Shown one piece after another: positions 15,114 through 23,639 of a DNA stretch of 45,419 nt. Position 1 is the first letter of the stretch; each line of letters starts with the position of its first letter. Below the pieces are notes generated by a model, which worked only from the letters and a program-made list of their open reading frames with translations, did no database searches and was not told the DNA's origin. Source of the stretch: a bacterium (lineage in GTDB: Bacteria; UBA9089; UBA9088; JAGUXG01). Made by a program: the position numbers and the translations under genes. The stretch spans positions 1-45,419 of the forward strand of contig JAZDOR010000128.1 of assembly GCA_043798435.1 (NCBI GenBank). Direction: 5' to 3'.

Positions 15114-16937
15114 TCATTCCACAGTAACGCTCTTGGCTAAGTTTCTTGGTTTGTCAACATCCTTTCCGCGCATAACCGCAATATGATATGCCAAAAGCTG
15201 GAGAGGCACAACAGAGAGGATTGGGGTGAACATTTCAAGTGTCTTTGGTATATAGATGACATCATTGGCTACATCTCGTATCTCATCATCCCCTTCTGTA
15301 GCCACAGCTATTACCTTTCCCTTTCTTGCCTTTATCTCCTCAAGGTTGGATTTTGTCTTCTCATAGACGCTATCCTTTGGAATGATAGCTACAGTCGGAA
15401 AGTTCTCATCTATCAGGGCGATTGGTCCGTGCTTCATCTCACCTGAGGGATAGCCTTCTGCATGAATATAGGATATCTCTTTCAGTTTTAAGGCTCCCTC
15501 AAGGGCTATGGGAAAGTTATACTTTCTGCCAATGTAGAGAAAATCGTTATATTTTGTATATCTTTCTGCTATCTCCTGTATCCTTTCATTCTGGGTAAGA
15601 ATTGAGTTGATCTGGTCTGGGAGCTCTTTGATAGCCCTGGCAATCTTTCGGCCTGTGACTAAAGACATCTCCCTTTGCCTTCCAATCATAAGGGTAAAGA
15701 GGAAAAGAACTGCAAGTTGTGAGACAAATGCCTTGGTTGAAGCAACCCCTATCTCTGGTCCAGCGTGATTATAAACACCAGCGTCTGTCTCTCTGGCTAT
15801 GGTAGAGCCGACAACATTCACAATACCCAGGACCAAAGCACCCTTTCTTTTAGCTTCCGAAACAGCAGCCAAAGTATCTGCTGTCTCTCCTGATTGGCTT
15901 ATAGCCAAAAGTGCGGTTTTATCCCTTTCTATAATAGGCTTTCTGTAGCGAAACTCTGAGGCATACTCAACCTCTGTTGGCAGACCACCATACTCCTCAA
16001 AGAGATACTCTCCTATCAGCCCAGCATAATAGGCTGTTCCACAAGCAGTAATAATCAATCTCTCTACACGACCAAGCCTATCCTTGATCTCCTCTAAGCC
16101 CCCTAATTTAGCCAACCCATCTTCCTCTATAATCCTTCCTCTGGTTGAATCCTCCACCACCTTAGGTTGCTCAAATATTTCCTTGAGCATAAAATGAGAA
16201 AAGCCCCCTTTTTCTGCCTGCTCTATCTCCCATTCTACCAGAGCAACCCTATCCTTTATAACACTTTTGCCGGAAAAGGAATGGAAGCCGTCTTTCTTGA
16301 CAACAGCAATCTCTCCCTCTTCAAGATAGACAACCTCTTTTGTATATCTAATAATAGCCGAAACATCCGAAGCAACAATATTCTCATTATTTCCAAGCCC
16401 AACAAGGAGAGGGCTTCCGGACCTAGCCACAACAATCTTATCTGGCTCCAAAATAGAGATGACGGCTATGCCATAAGTTCCCCTGACCTTTGAAAGTGCA
16501 TCTGCTACTGCTTGCTCAAGATTCCCCTTGTAGCCTTCTTCTATCAGGTGAGCCAGAACCTCTGTGTCTGTATCTGAGGAGAAGCTATGCCCCTTTTTAA
16601 TAAGCTCGTCTTTTAAGTGCCTATAGTTTTCAATGATGCCATTGTGAACAACAAAGATTTGTGCTTTGCAATCACTATGAGGATGGGCGTTCCTCTCTGA
16701 TGGCTCTCCATGGGTTGCCCATCGGGTGTGGGCTATGCCTATCTTTCCATTGACAGGTGTATTTTCCAGCTTTTTGGTAAGCTCAGCTACTTTACCTTCT
16801 GTCTTGACTATGACCGCACCATCATTCAGCGTTACCAGACCTGCAGAGTCATAACCCCGATACTCAAGCCTGGTTAAGCCCTCAAGGAGTATCTCCTTTG
16901 CCTCTCTATTTCCAACATAACCTACAATTCCACACAT
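15114..16937 (-). CDS. glmS: Glutamine--fructose-6-phosphate aminotransferase (isomerizing)
   Basis: MCGIVGY N-terminal nucleophile, two SIS domains, C-terminal KPRNLAKSVTVE. Confidence 0.97.
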   Translation of the reverse strand: MCGIVGYVGNREAKEILLEGLTRLEYRGYDSAGLVTLNDGAVIVKTEGKVAELTKKLENTPVNGKIGIAHTRWATHGEPSERNAHPHSDCKAQIFVVHNGIIENYRHLKDELIKKGHSFSSDTDTEVLAHLIEEGYKGNLEQAVADALSKVRGTYGIAVISILEPDKIVVARSGSPLLVGLGNNENIVASDVSAIIRYTKEVVYLEEGEIAVVKKDGFHSFSGKSVIKDRVALVEWEIEQAEKGGFSHFMLKEIFEQPKVVEDSTRGRIIEEDGLAKLGGLEEIKDRLGRVERLIITACGTAYYAGLIGEYLFEEYGGLPTEVEYASEFRYRKPIIERDKTALLAISQSGETADTLAAVSEAKRKGALVLGIVNVVGSTIARETDAGVYNHAGPEIGVASTKAFVSQLAVLFLFTLMIGRQREMSLVTGRKIARAIKELPDQINSILTQNERIQEIAERYTKYNDFLYIGRKYNFPIALEGALKLKEISYIHAEGYPSGEMKHGPIALIDENFPTVAIIPKDSVYEKTKSNLEEIKARKGKVIAVATEGDDEIRDVANDVIYIPKTLEMFTPILSVVPLQLLAYHIAVMRGKDVDKPRNLAKSVTVE

Positions 16938-16945
16938 AATTAAAG

Positions 16946-17009
16946 TGATTAGTTATCGGTAATCAGGTGATCGGTAATACTGATAACCGATTACTGATGA
17001 CCGATTACC
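16946..17009. repeat. Word repeat ggtaatc / gattacc in both orientations, between glmS and the upstream gene
   Basis: gtgattagttatcggtaatcaggtgatcggtaatactgataaccgattactgatgaccgattacc read directly. Imperfect palindrome. Confidence 0.6.
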
Positions 17010-17043
17010 AAGATTTTACTTCAGATAGCTAAAGTGCTACAAT

Positions 17044-17385
17044 TTATTTGAATAGTCCAAACCCCTTTTTCTTCTCCTTTTCTTCCTCTGTCTCCCTCAT
17101 CTTCCTCTCTAAAGCCTCAATCTTTCTGCTTGCCTCAAGGAGCTGTTGCTTACAGGTGGCATACTTTGCCGTAGAAGCCGTAGCAGCCTCCTGAGCAGCA
17201 AGAAGCTCTGTTCTTAGCCTTTCTACCTCAGTCTTTAGAGATGCTTCCATCTCTTTGTATCTTTTCTCAAGGTCAGAATATTCCTTCTCTTTGAGCATTA
17301 GCTTTTTCCTCAGCTCATCTGCCTCCCATAATTTACTGGCAATCTTTGAAAAATCCCCTGTACTTTCCATTTTTTCCTCCTCCAT
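17044..17385 (-). CDS. Coiled-coil protein of unknown function
   Basis: 113 aa, heptad-rich and charged (LKEKEYSDLEKRYKEMEASLKTEVERLRTELLAAQE). No domain recognised. Confidence 0.45.
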   Translation of the reverse strand: MEEEKMESTGDFSKIASKLWEADELRKKLMLKEKEYSDLEKRYKEMEASLKTEVERLRTELLAAQEAATASTAKYATCKQQLLEASRKIEALERKMRETEEEKEKKKGFGLFK

Positions 17386-17402
17386 CTTGAACTCTTTAAA
17401 AC

Positions 17403-18377
17403 TTATACCTGTTTAAGACTTATCCCAAATTGTTTCTCTATATTATAATCAACCCCATGGACTATGCCACTGCCATTAGCACAACAAAGCTTTCTTTTTC
17501 TAACATCCTCACTCCATTTTGGGTTAGCTGCATCTGCACGACGATTGGCTATTATCCTCATCTTCCCTACCTCTGTTTCTTCTTTTGACAGATTAGCAGA
17601 TAATTGCTTAATATCTGCAAGGATTTGTGTTTTAATCAGATTGCTTATGCTTCCATTTTGTACCTTTATATCAAACATCAAGGCTGCTGCTCGCTCTGAC
17701 CACAAGCTGTAGTCTGAGCAAAGCTGGAGTGCACTTTTATATAATACATCGGCATATTTTACCTCAATATTTTGGAATTCTTCACATCTTCCTAATGTTT
17801 TAAGCATTCCTTGCCATGGTTCATTGAGAATATGCTTGACCGGATGTTGAATTGATCTGGCAAATTCCATCAGCTCCTCTTTATCCGAGTTTAAGACTTC
17901 TACAAGTGTCTCAAATCTTTCATGGAAGATATTCCTGACCATATTTTCGTGATTTTTTATCATCTCTTTAAGCATTGGTTGTAGTGACCCCTGTCCAAAG
18001 TTCCATTGACATGCCCCAAAACTTATTCCCTGACCATCAAAATCACCACTTATCCCAGCAAAGCAGTCTGGAATCCCCTTATTAGTTTCAAATGACCCGG
18101 TAAGGGCAAGACACTTATAATCAAGTGGTTTGGTAGTAATAGAGGGCACTATAATTTCTTCTCCGGCAAATAATGCCTTCCATGTATCTGGTCCTATAAT
18201 GCCATCTACTGTAATCTTTTTTGTGTTTTGAAAGGCTTTAACCGCTGATTCTGTCCCACCACCAAAATCTCCATCAATAGTACCCTTATAGTAGCCTGCC
18301 GCCTTAAGCCTTTCCTGTATCTTCTTTACCTCATCACCCCTTGAGCCTAACCTGTAAACTGTTTTTGTAATATCCAT
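17403..18377 (-). CDS. Peptidoglycan-binding (PG_binding_1) protein with an uncharacterised, possibly muramidase-like C-terminal domain
   Basis: GSRGDEVKKIQERLKAAGYYKGTIDGDFGGGTESAVKAFQ...VDGIIGPDTWKAL. The likely start is the ATG at 18377 (MDITKT), preceded by AAGGAAGG. The ORF-track extension to 18476 runs into the repeat. Confidence 0.7.
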   Translation of the reverse strand: MDITKTVYRLGSRGDEVKKIQERLKAAGYYKGTIDGDFGGGTESAVKAFQNTKKITVDGIIGPDTWKALFAGEEIIVPSITTKPLDYKCLALTGSFETNKGIPDCFAGISGDFDGQGISFGACQWNFGQGSLQPMLKEMIKNHENMVRNIFHERFETLVEVLNSDKEELMEFARSIQHPVKHILNEPWQGMLKTLGRCEEFQNIEVKYADVLYKSALQLCSDYSLWSERAAALMFDIKVQNGSISNLIKTQILADIKQLSANLSKEETEVGKMRIIANRRADAANPKWSEDVRKRKLCCANGSGIVHGVDYNIEKQFGISLKQV

Positions 18378-18401
18378 GAGAAACAACCTTCCTTTTATAG
18401 T

Positions 18402-18565
18402 TATACCGAAAAGAAATTGGTTTACCAAAAAAAAGTAACTACTCAGGTTCAAGGGGCTAAAGGGTTCAAGGTTCACGGTTAATCCTCTTATTCTTTAACC
18501 TTGAACTGTGACCTCAGAACCATAAACGAACACAATTTTTGTAAACCTGATTTATTCTCGGTGTA
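18402..18565. repeat. Class-2 word-hairpin element (ggttcaagg core) with both termini
   Basis: tataccgaaaagaaattggtttaccaaaaaaaa ... ggttcaaggttcacggttaatcctcttattctttaaccttgaac ... tttttgtaaacctgatttattctcggtgta. On the minus strand the left terminus reads TTGGTA-17-TATAAC, 22 nt upstream of the ATG at 18377. Confidence 0.85.
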
Positions 18566-18767
18566 AAATGAAAAATGAATGTTTGTCTTCCTATTCTTTC
18601 TTGTCTGATGAATATTATGTCTTATAAAAACCACTAAGTCAAATAAAAAATTAAATAGAGAAGGGTTATGGTTATTGTCTGGGAGAACTCTGTTTTTGGG
18701 GCAGTGAACTGATAGAAGGCTACTGGTGTATCCTGGGCAATCCTTATGTTTCCTGCACCTGATGGTG

Positions 18768-18897
18768 CCTCGTCTAATTGATATATCTTTTTAGTCTATA
18801 GTCTGATGTCTAAGTCTCGTGTCTATTTCGTTAGTCTGAGTCTGGAGTCTTAGGCTACTTAAATTTTTGCTAAACCATGTTTTCATTAGGTATGCTT
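18768..18897. repeat. Partial class-2 element (agac/gtct core, right half only)
   Basis: About 105 bp nearly identical to 33803-33898 (atatatct.tagtctatagtctgatgtctaagtctcgtgtctatt.cgttagtctgagtctg.agtcttaggctacttaaatttttgctaaa). A related stretch occurs at 32424-32492. Confidence 0.8.
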
Positions 18898-19244
18898 TGG
18901 TTAATCCGTAGTTTAGTAGCTTTCTGATTTCCAAAACCGCCTGCTTTGCACTCCGTTTGGGTCTAAATCCGTTCCTCCATACCCTTGAATTCCCTCCCTT
19001 TGTCTATGTTTCCAACCCAAATAGTTGGCTTTTCTGACAAAAGAGCAACTACTGTATTCATCTTACGACCCCTCCTTTTTATAGAGATATTAGTATCCCT
19101 ACTTTATATGTCGGCAAAAAGGGTTTTTTACTTTAATACTTTTTTACATAACTCTAAGTTTACAGCAGATCTTCTGTCGTTTAAGAATAGCCACACTCAA
19201 ATGAATTTTCTTTTCTTGTATTTAACTTTCGGTAAATAGATACC

Positions 19245-19928
19245 CTAAAACTTATGCCCTGTCACCATTAGTATTCCAACCCCAATGATAAGCGTGCCAC
19301 TTATGATGGAGATGAGCCTGAAATACCTCTTTATCTTCTCTATAGACGAAATGAATGTGCCCAGTGCCAGGCTGGTCAGAATAAACGGCAGACCCAGCCC
19401 TAATGAATAGAAGCTCAACAGGATAACGCCTTCAGTAACCTTCTCTTTTGTGGCGGCAAAGCCAAGGATTGTGCCCAAGATAGGATCAACGCAGGGTGTC
19501 CAGCCAAAGGCAAAGGTAAAACCTAAAAGGAATGAACCCAGTAAATTTTTGGGGATTTTTGTGAGATGAAACCTCTTTTCAGTCTGGAGAAACCTTATAT
19601 TGAATATCCCCAAAAGATGCACGCCAAAGATGATGATTACCGTGCCTAATATCAGCCTGAGTATCCTCTCATAACCCAGGATAAACCTGCTGAGATAGGT
19701 AGCCGAAGCACCCAATGAGATAAAGACAGAGGAGAAACCAAGCACAAAGAAGATTGCACTTAGCAGAACCTTTCCCAAAGCCTTTTTCTTAGCCTCTGTC
19801 TCAGTCAATTCATTTATAGATAGCCCCGAGATAAAGCTGAGATATAGGGGAATCATCGGCAGGACACAAGGCGAGAGAAAAGACAACATCCCGGCAAAAA
19901 AGGCAACAAAGAGAGAAATATCTTTCAT
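19245..19928 (-). CDS. ccdA: Cytochrome c biogenesis / thiol-disulfide transporter CcdA (DsbD family)
   Basis: Six predicted TM helices. FLSPCVLPMIPLYLSFISG and GWTPCVDPILG motifs. Confidence 0.88.
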   Translation of the reverse strand: MKDISLFVAFFAGMLSFLSPCVLPMIPLYLSFISGLSINELTETEAKKKALGKVLLSAIFFVLGFSSVFISLGASATYLSRFILGYERILRLILGTVIIIFGVHLLGIFNIRFLQTEKRFHLTKIPKNLLGSFLLGFTFAFGWTPCVDPILGTILGFAATKEKVTEGVILLSFYSLGLGLPFILTSLALGTFISSIEKIKRYFRLISIISGTLIIGVGILMVTGHKF

Positions 19929-20055
19929 TTATAGTTGAAGAGGCTGGAAAGAGTAGAGAGGAATACCCAATATCCAATCTGCCACGAGTCTGCCTGTTCC
20001 ATCCTTACTACAAGCATTAGAGCGTGAAGATAAACTCTAATAAAATCCCTTTATG

Positions 20056-20973
20056 TCAATACTTGGTGGATAAGGAGACAAAGTAGGAATCTCCCAGAGA
20101 ATCTCCTGGTTGGTAGGCAAAGTCAAAGGAGAAGAGCCTGTGGTTTATGCCAAGACCTGCTGTAAGCCCAGAGCCTTCCTTCTGGGGGCCAGACCGGACA
20201 CCAAGCCTTATAGCAAAGGTCTTTTGAATAGTTGCTTCCAAGCCTGCTCCAACATAAGGTTTATTATCATTAGGCAGGGTTGCATCGGCAACAAAGATGA
20301 TGGGAAGTCTATCAAACTTATGAGATAAGCCTACTTTAGCACACAATGGAAGCGGGTCGCTATCCTTCTCAAACTTTATATTTGTGCCAATGTTCTTAAT
20401 GACTGCACCAAGGGTTGTATTTTTTATCCTTGGAAGATATAGACAGCCAATATCACAAGCAATGCCTGTAGCGTTGCTCTTGTCTATCTCTCCATAAATG
20501 AGCTTTGCTGAGGCTCCTACTGATAAATTCTTCTGGAGACGCATAGCCCCACCTACAGTAAATAGGCTATCAAAGGCTGTCCAGTTTCCCAAGCCTGTAA
20601 TTGGATTGCCACCGCTATCAATATCTGTCTTCTCTTCCTTGCCATATCCAAAATAGGAGAGAGAGATGCCATAGCTTCCATCCTTTCCCCTTGGAATTGT
20701 TGTCGCAATATGACTATAAGATAGACCATCAAACTCTTGAAATGGCTTGAGATACATAAAGGTTGCCTGTCTATCTTTTATCTGGGATAGGCCTGCTGGG
20801 TTCCAGTAAAGGGCATTGACATCATCAGCTAAACCAACAAAGGCTTCCCCCATTGCAGTTATCCTGGCACCCTGGCCTACCTTCAAAAAAGCCATAGCTG
20901 TCTTTCCCGGGTCATTGGCAAAACCTTCCCCCATCAACACACCCAAAACCAAAACTACCATCAGTCTTTTCAT
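20056..20973 (-). CDS. Outer-membrane beta-barrel protein, PorV/PorQ (UPF0164)-like, paralog of 2361-3215
   Basis: Signal peptide. GARITAMGEAFVGLADDVNALYWNPAGLSQ. C-terminal ...FVSLSTKY. Confidence 0.65.
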   Translation of the reverse strand: MKRLMVVLVLGVLMGEGFANDPGKTAMAFLKVGQGARITAMGEAFVGLADDVNALYWNPAGLSQIKDRQATFMYLKPFQEFDGLSYSHIATTIPRGKDGSYGISLSYFGYGKEEKTDIDSGGNPITGLGNWTAFDSLFTVGGAMRLQKNLSVGASAKLIYGEIDKSNATGIACDIGCLYLPRIKNTTLGAVIKNIGTNIKFEKDSDPLPLCAKVGLSHKFDRLPIIFVADATLPNDNKPYVGAGLEATIQKTFAIRLGVRSGPQKEGSGLTAGLGINHRLFSFDFAYQPGDSLGDSYFVSLSTKY

Positions 20974-20990
20974 TTCAAACCTCCTTAAAT

Positions 20991-21085
20991 TAGTTTAGAG
21001 TTTTTAGTTTAGAGTCATACGCATTTTCCTTACCTCTTAACTCTCTATATTAACTATACACTCTACACTATTAACTATACACTTA
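20991..21085. repeat. Word element built from tagtttagag and tatacac words
   Basis: tagtttagagtttttagtttagag ... taactatacactctacactattaactatacac. The same words occur at 5947-5963, 36031-36092 and in the tandem array at 45278-45419. Confidence 0.65.
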
Positions 21086-21145
21086 TATTTATATATCGGC
21101 ATTTTCTGCCTTTTGCTTTAATTATATCTATTTTTCTGTATCTTG

Positions 21146-21694
21146 TCAAAAAATTGTGATTGTGTTTATCATATCCCAAACCTTTTTTAGCCCCTTCTCA
21201 TTGGCAATGCCAAACACAGTAATCTGGCTATCCCCTTCTTCTGGAAATATCTCTATTCTGACCTTTATAACCTTTTCAAATCCCTCTCTTTCTGTAGTTA
21301 AAATAATAAACGAATCTGCCTTTTCCGCTCTGAAAGGCTCAAAAAACTCAGGATTTCTCTCTATCCCTAAGGCAGACAACACCTTTTTATCTTTGAGTCT
21401 GGCTTTCTCTTTATAGATTGCCTGATAAAATTGTTTGATAACCCCGCCGCCATCTTTCCAAAAAAGAATGGAGATGTTTCCATTCTTTTCCGCAAATAAA
21501 ACAGCATCTCCCTCTTCCTTTATCTTCTTGTATTCTGTATAGAGCTTGATTTTGAATCTATAATCCCCATTTTCATAAAACTGGCCAGAGAAATCAGTCT
21601 TTGCCTCGGGAAGTTTCAGTGCCTCCTGACCACATCCTAAGAGCCAAAGGAGGAGTAAGGGTACCAATCTTTTTAAGTTTTTTCTCTGAGTCAC
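21146..21694 (-). CDS. Lipoprotein of unknown function
   Basis: Signal peptide with lipobox LLLWLLGCG. No recognisable domain. Confidence 0.55.
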   Translation of the reverse strand: MTQRKNLKRLVPLLLLWLLGCGQEALKLPEAKTDFSGQFYENGDYRFKIKLYTEYKKIKEEGDAVLFAEKNGNISILFWKDGGGVIKQFYQAIYKEKARLKDKKVLSALGIERNPEFFEPFRAEKADSFIILTTEREGFEKVIKVRIEIFPEEGDSQITVFGIANEKGLKKVWDMINTITIF

Positions 21695-21989
21695 GCTTTA
21701 ATCCCTCGATATATGCCGCCACGGCCAGCTTATTCTTTCCTGTCTGGTCATAGATATAGCCTAACGCATAGTAAAGATTTTTGTCATTTGGGTCAATTCT
21801 AATAGCAGACTTAATATCCATCTCAGCTAAGGTATAGCTTTCAGAGCCTATATAGAAAGCCGCACTCCTCATATATTCTGCCTTTTTCTCTTTCTTAAGA
21901 GTAGACATCTCAAACCCTTTTTCCTTTGCCTTTCCACACCCCAAGAGAAAGGTTATGCAAAAAAGAAGAAATATGCTTTTTATAAACAT
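21594..21989 (-). CDS. Small TPR lipoprotein
   Basis: Likely start at the ATG at 21989 (MFIKSIFLLFCITFLLGCG lipobox). One or two TPR units (AIRIDPNDKNLYYALGYIYDQTGKNKLAVAAY). The 3' end overlaps the next CDS by 101 nt. Confidence 0.55.
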   Translation of the reverse strand: MFIKSIFLLFCITFLLGCGKAKEKGFEMSTLKKEKKAEYMRSAAFYIGSESYTLAEMDIKSAIRIDPNDKNLYYALGYIYDQTGKNKLAVAAYIEGLKRDSEKKLKKIGTLTPPLALRMWSGGTETSRGKD

Positions 21990-22002
21990 ATATTCATTTT
22001 TT

Positions 22003-22108
22003 GTAACTACTTTAGGTTTAGGAGTTAAAGGGTTCAAGGTTCACGGTTAATCTCCTTACTCTCTAACCTTGAACCGTGAATCTCGGAACTGTGAACCTGA
22101 ATAGTTAC
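22003..22108. repeat. Word-hairpin core (ggttcaagg/ccttgaacc) flanked by gtaactac...atagttac
   Basis: gtaactactttaggtttaggagttaaagggttcaaggttcacggttaatctccttactctctaaccttgaaccgtgaatctcggaactgtgaacctgaatagttac. Related to the cores at 14842 and 18450. Confidence 0.8.
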
Positions 22109-22114
22109 CACCCT

Positions 22115-22450
22115 TTAAGCCTCTAACCTCTCTTTTTCTTCTTTTGCCGCTCTTTTTCCTGCCTCAATAGCCTTAGTTAGAATAGACTTCTTCTCTATAA
22201 CAACCTCTTTTCCCTCGAAAAGCATACTTTCAATCTTTTCTTTTCCTGTCTCAACCACAGCCCCAACCTTATCCCTTATTTCATGAGCCAATTCCTCTCC
22301 TTTCTCCTTCACTTTCTCTGCTGCCTCTTCTATCCTTTTGCGAGTCTCTTTCCCTGAATAGGGTGCAAGAAGAATCCCTGCTACTGCTCCGCAGGCTGCT
22401 CCAGCTACAAAAGCAAAAATAAGAGAAAGTCTTGAATCTCTTTCTTCCAT
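22115..22450 (-). CDS. YtxH-domain protein
   Basis: N-terminal Gly/Ala helix plus LLAPYSGKETRKRIEE, followed by a charged helical tail. Confidence 0.7.
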   Translation of the reverse strand: MEERDSRLSLIFAFVAGAACGAVAGILLAPYSGKETRKRIEEAAEKVKEKGEELAHEIRDKVGAVVETGKEKIESMLFEGKEVVIEKKSILTKAIEAGKRAAKEEKERLEA

Positions 22451-22453
22451 CTC

Positions 22454-22789
22454 TCACCTCCTTGATAAGATTTTAAGTATAACATCTGTTCCTGCTTTTA
22501 CCCCAGCAACTATTGAAAAGACCGTGATAATTGGACTAATAATACGATTTTTAATGGTTGAACCCTCTAAGGTATTATTTATCTTCTTTGTCAGCTCATT
22601 TGATTGGTCTATAACATTGAAAGTCTTTTCTCTGATCTCAGGCCAATCCTCCCTTATATCCAAAACTAACTCAGCCAGGCTATCTGCACACCTTCTCACT
22701 GATAGAAAGGTAAGTATGCCATATACTGTCACTACTATTGACAGGCAAGCAATTATAAAAACCGATATTGCTGTAATTAAAGCGACCAT
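22454..22789 (-). CDS. DUF948-like membrane protein (usual partner of YtxH)
   Basis: N-terminal TM helix followed by a helical domain. Located 3 nt upstream of the YtxH gene. Confidence 0.55.
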   Translation of the reverse strand: MVALITAISVFIIACLSIVVTVYGILTFLSVRRCADSLAELVLDIREDWPEIREKTFNVIDQSNELTKKINNTLEGSTIKNRIISPIITVFSIVAGVKAGTDVILKILSRR

Positions 22790-22820
22790 GTTAAAACTCT
22801 ACTGTAATTAGCTGATTGGT

Positions 22821-22891
22821 GTCAAGATATTTTTTTGCAAGGAGCAAAAAAATATAAGGTTCTGACAGAGCCAGAATAAAAAGGAAATTTC
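22821..22891 (-). repeat. Hairpin-plus-TTGACA element (family D), inverted copy of 35834-35900
   Basis: The reverse complement reads gaaatttcctttttattctggctctgtcagaaccttatatttttttgctccttgcaaaaaaatatcttgac. TTGACA (22820-22825, minus strand), 18 nt, TAGAGT (22796-22801), which ends 6 nt before the ATG at 22789. This would give a near-leaderless mRNA. Confidence 0.6.
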
Positions 22892-22900
22892 TATATAATT

Positions 22901-23006
22901 AAGATAAGGAGAAGGGGAGAATTGGAGAGAATTCAGAATACAGAATTAAGAATATTCTGACTCCTATTAACCTTCTGAAGTTTCTCCATCTTCCCCTTTT
23001 CTCCTT
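22901..23006. repeat. Word hairpin using ggagaa/ttctcc and cagaata/tattctg words
   Basis: aagataaggagaaggggagaattggagagaattcagaatacagaattaagaatattctgactcc...tttctccatcttccccttttctcc. Confidence 0.6.
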
Positions 23007-23028
23007 TTATATTTACTTTAGCCTACCT

Positions 23029-23391
23029 TCAATTTTCTTTAAGAACCTCTTCTATCATCCCGAACATCTTCTCTGGCTTGAATGGCTTATGGATACAGCC
23101 ATAGGCTCCTTGCTTAATTGCCTCTAAAAGAAGCTCTTCCACAGCAAACCCAGTCATCATAATCACTTTTACTTTTTGGTCTATCTCCTTTATCTTGATA
23201 AATGTCTCCACGTCATTCATCTCAGGCAGCCTGATGTCCATCATAATCAGGTCGTAGTGAGCCTTTTTTACCTCCTCAATAGCTTTATAGCCATCCAGAC
23301 AAGGCTTTGCCGTGTAGCCTTTAAGCTCAAGGATGGCTCCTAACATCTCCGCCAAATCCTTCTCATCATCAACAATCAGTATCTTTGCCAT
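23029..23391 (-). CDS. CheY-like single-domain response regulator
   Basis: MAKILIVDDEKD...DLIMMDIRLPEMN...MMTGF...KPF. Start chosen at the ATG at 23391. Confidence 0.85.
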   Translation of the reverse strand: MAKILIVDDEKDLAEMLGAILELKGYTAKPCLDGYKAIEEVKKAHYDLIMMDIRLPEMNDVETFIKIKEIDQKVKVIMMTGFAVEELLLEAIKQGAYGCIHKPFKPEKMFGMIEEVLKEN

Positions 23392-23422
23392 TTTGAAATA
23401 AAGATTCACCACTCAAGACACA

Positions 23423-23593
23423 GAGAAATAAAAAATTAGACACTGATATACACAGATGGTCACAGAAAAGATATTTAGACACTGATTTACACAGATACTC
23501 ACAGATAATTTTTTAATTCTTATCAGTGTAATCTGTGTTAATCTGTGTCAAAAATATTTTCTTTAGGGTTTTCGTTTTTCGGGTTTTCGTGTT
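23423..23593 (-). repeat. 172-bp cacagat/atctgtg element, left copy of a near-identical inverted pair
   Basis: The reverse complement differs from 27339-27510 at only 3 positions (2 substitutions, 1 single-base indel). Confidence 0.95.
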
Positions 23594-23639
23594 GCTTCTT
23601 TCTCCGTGCCTCCGTGGTTCATATTCTTATACAAGATAG

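Noticed and set aside
16938-17043. glmS ribozyme upstream of glmS.
   Set aside because: The 106-nt spacer consists of ggtaatc/gattacc words and shows none of the conserved glmS ribozyme core. The upstream gene also ends only ~100 nt away.
18600-18790. SRP RNA, or group II intron domain V/VI, in the ORF-free region.
   Set aside because: The minus-strand stretch caggtgcaggaaacataagg only superficially resembles the SRP helix 8 motif and lacks the AGCA/GGAA symmetric loop. I could not fold any 34-nt domain-V-like hairpin with an AGC triad.
18985-19239. The 84-aa plus-strand ORF in the degenerate region.
   Set aside because: It has no SD, a hydrophobic low-complexity composition, and overlaps the minus-strand SD-preceded mini-ORF and the RT-like scrap. 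It is probably non-coding.
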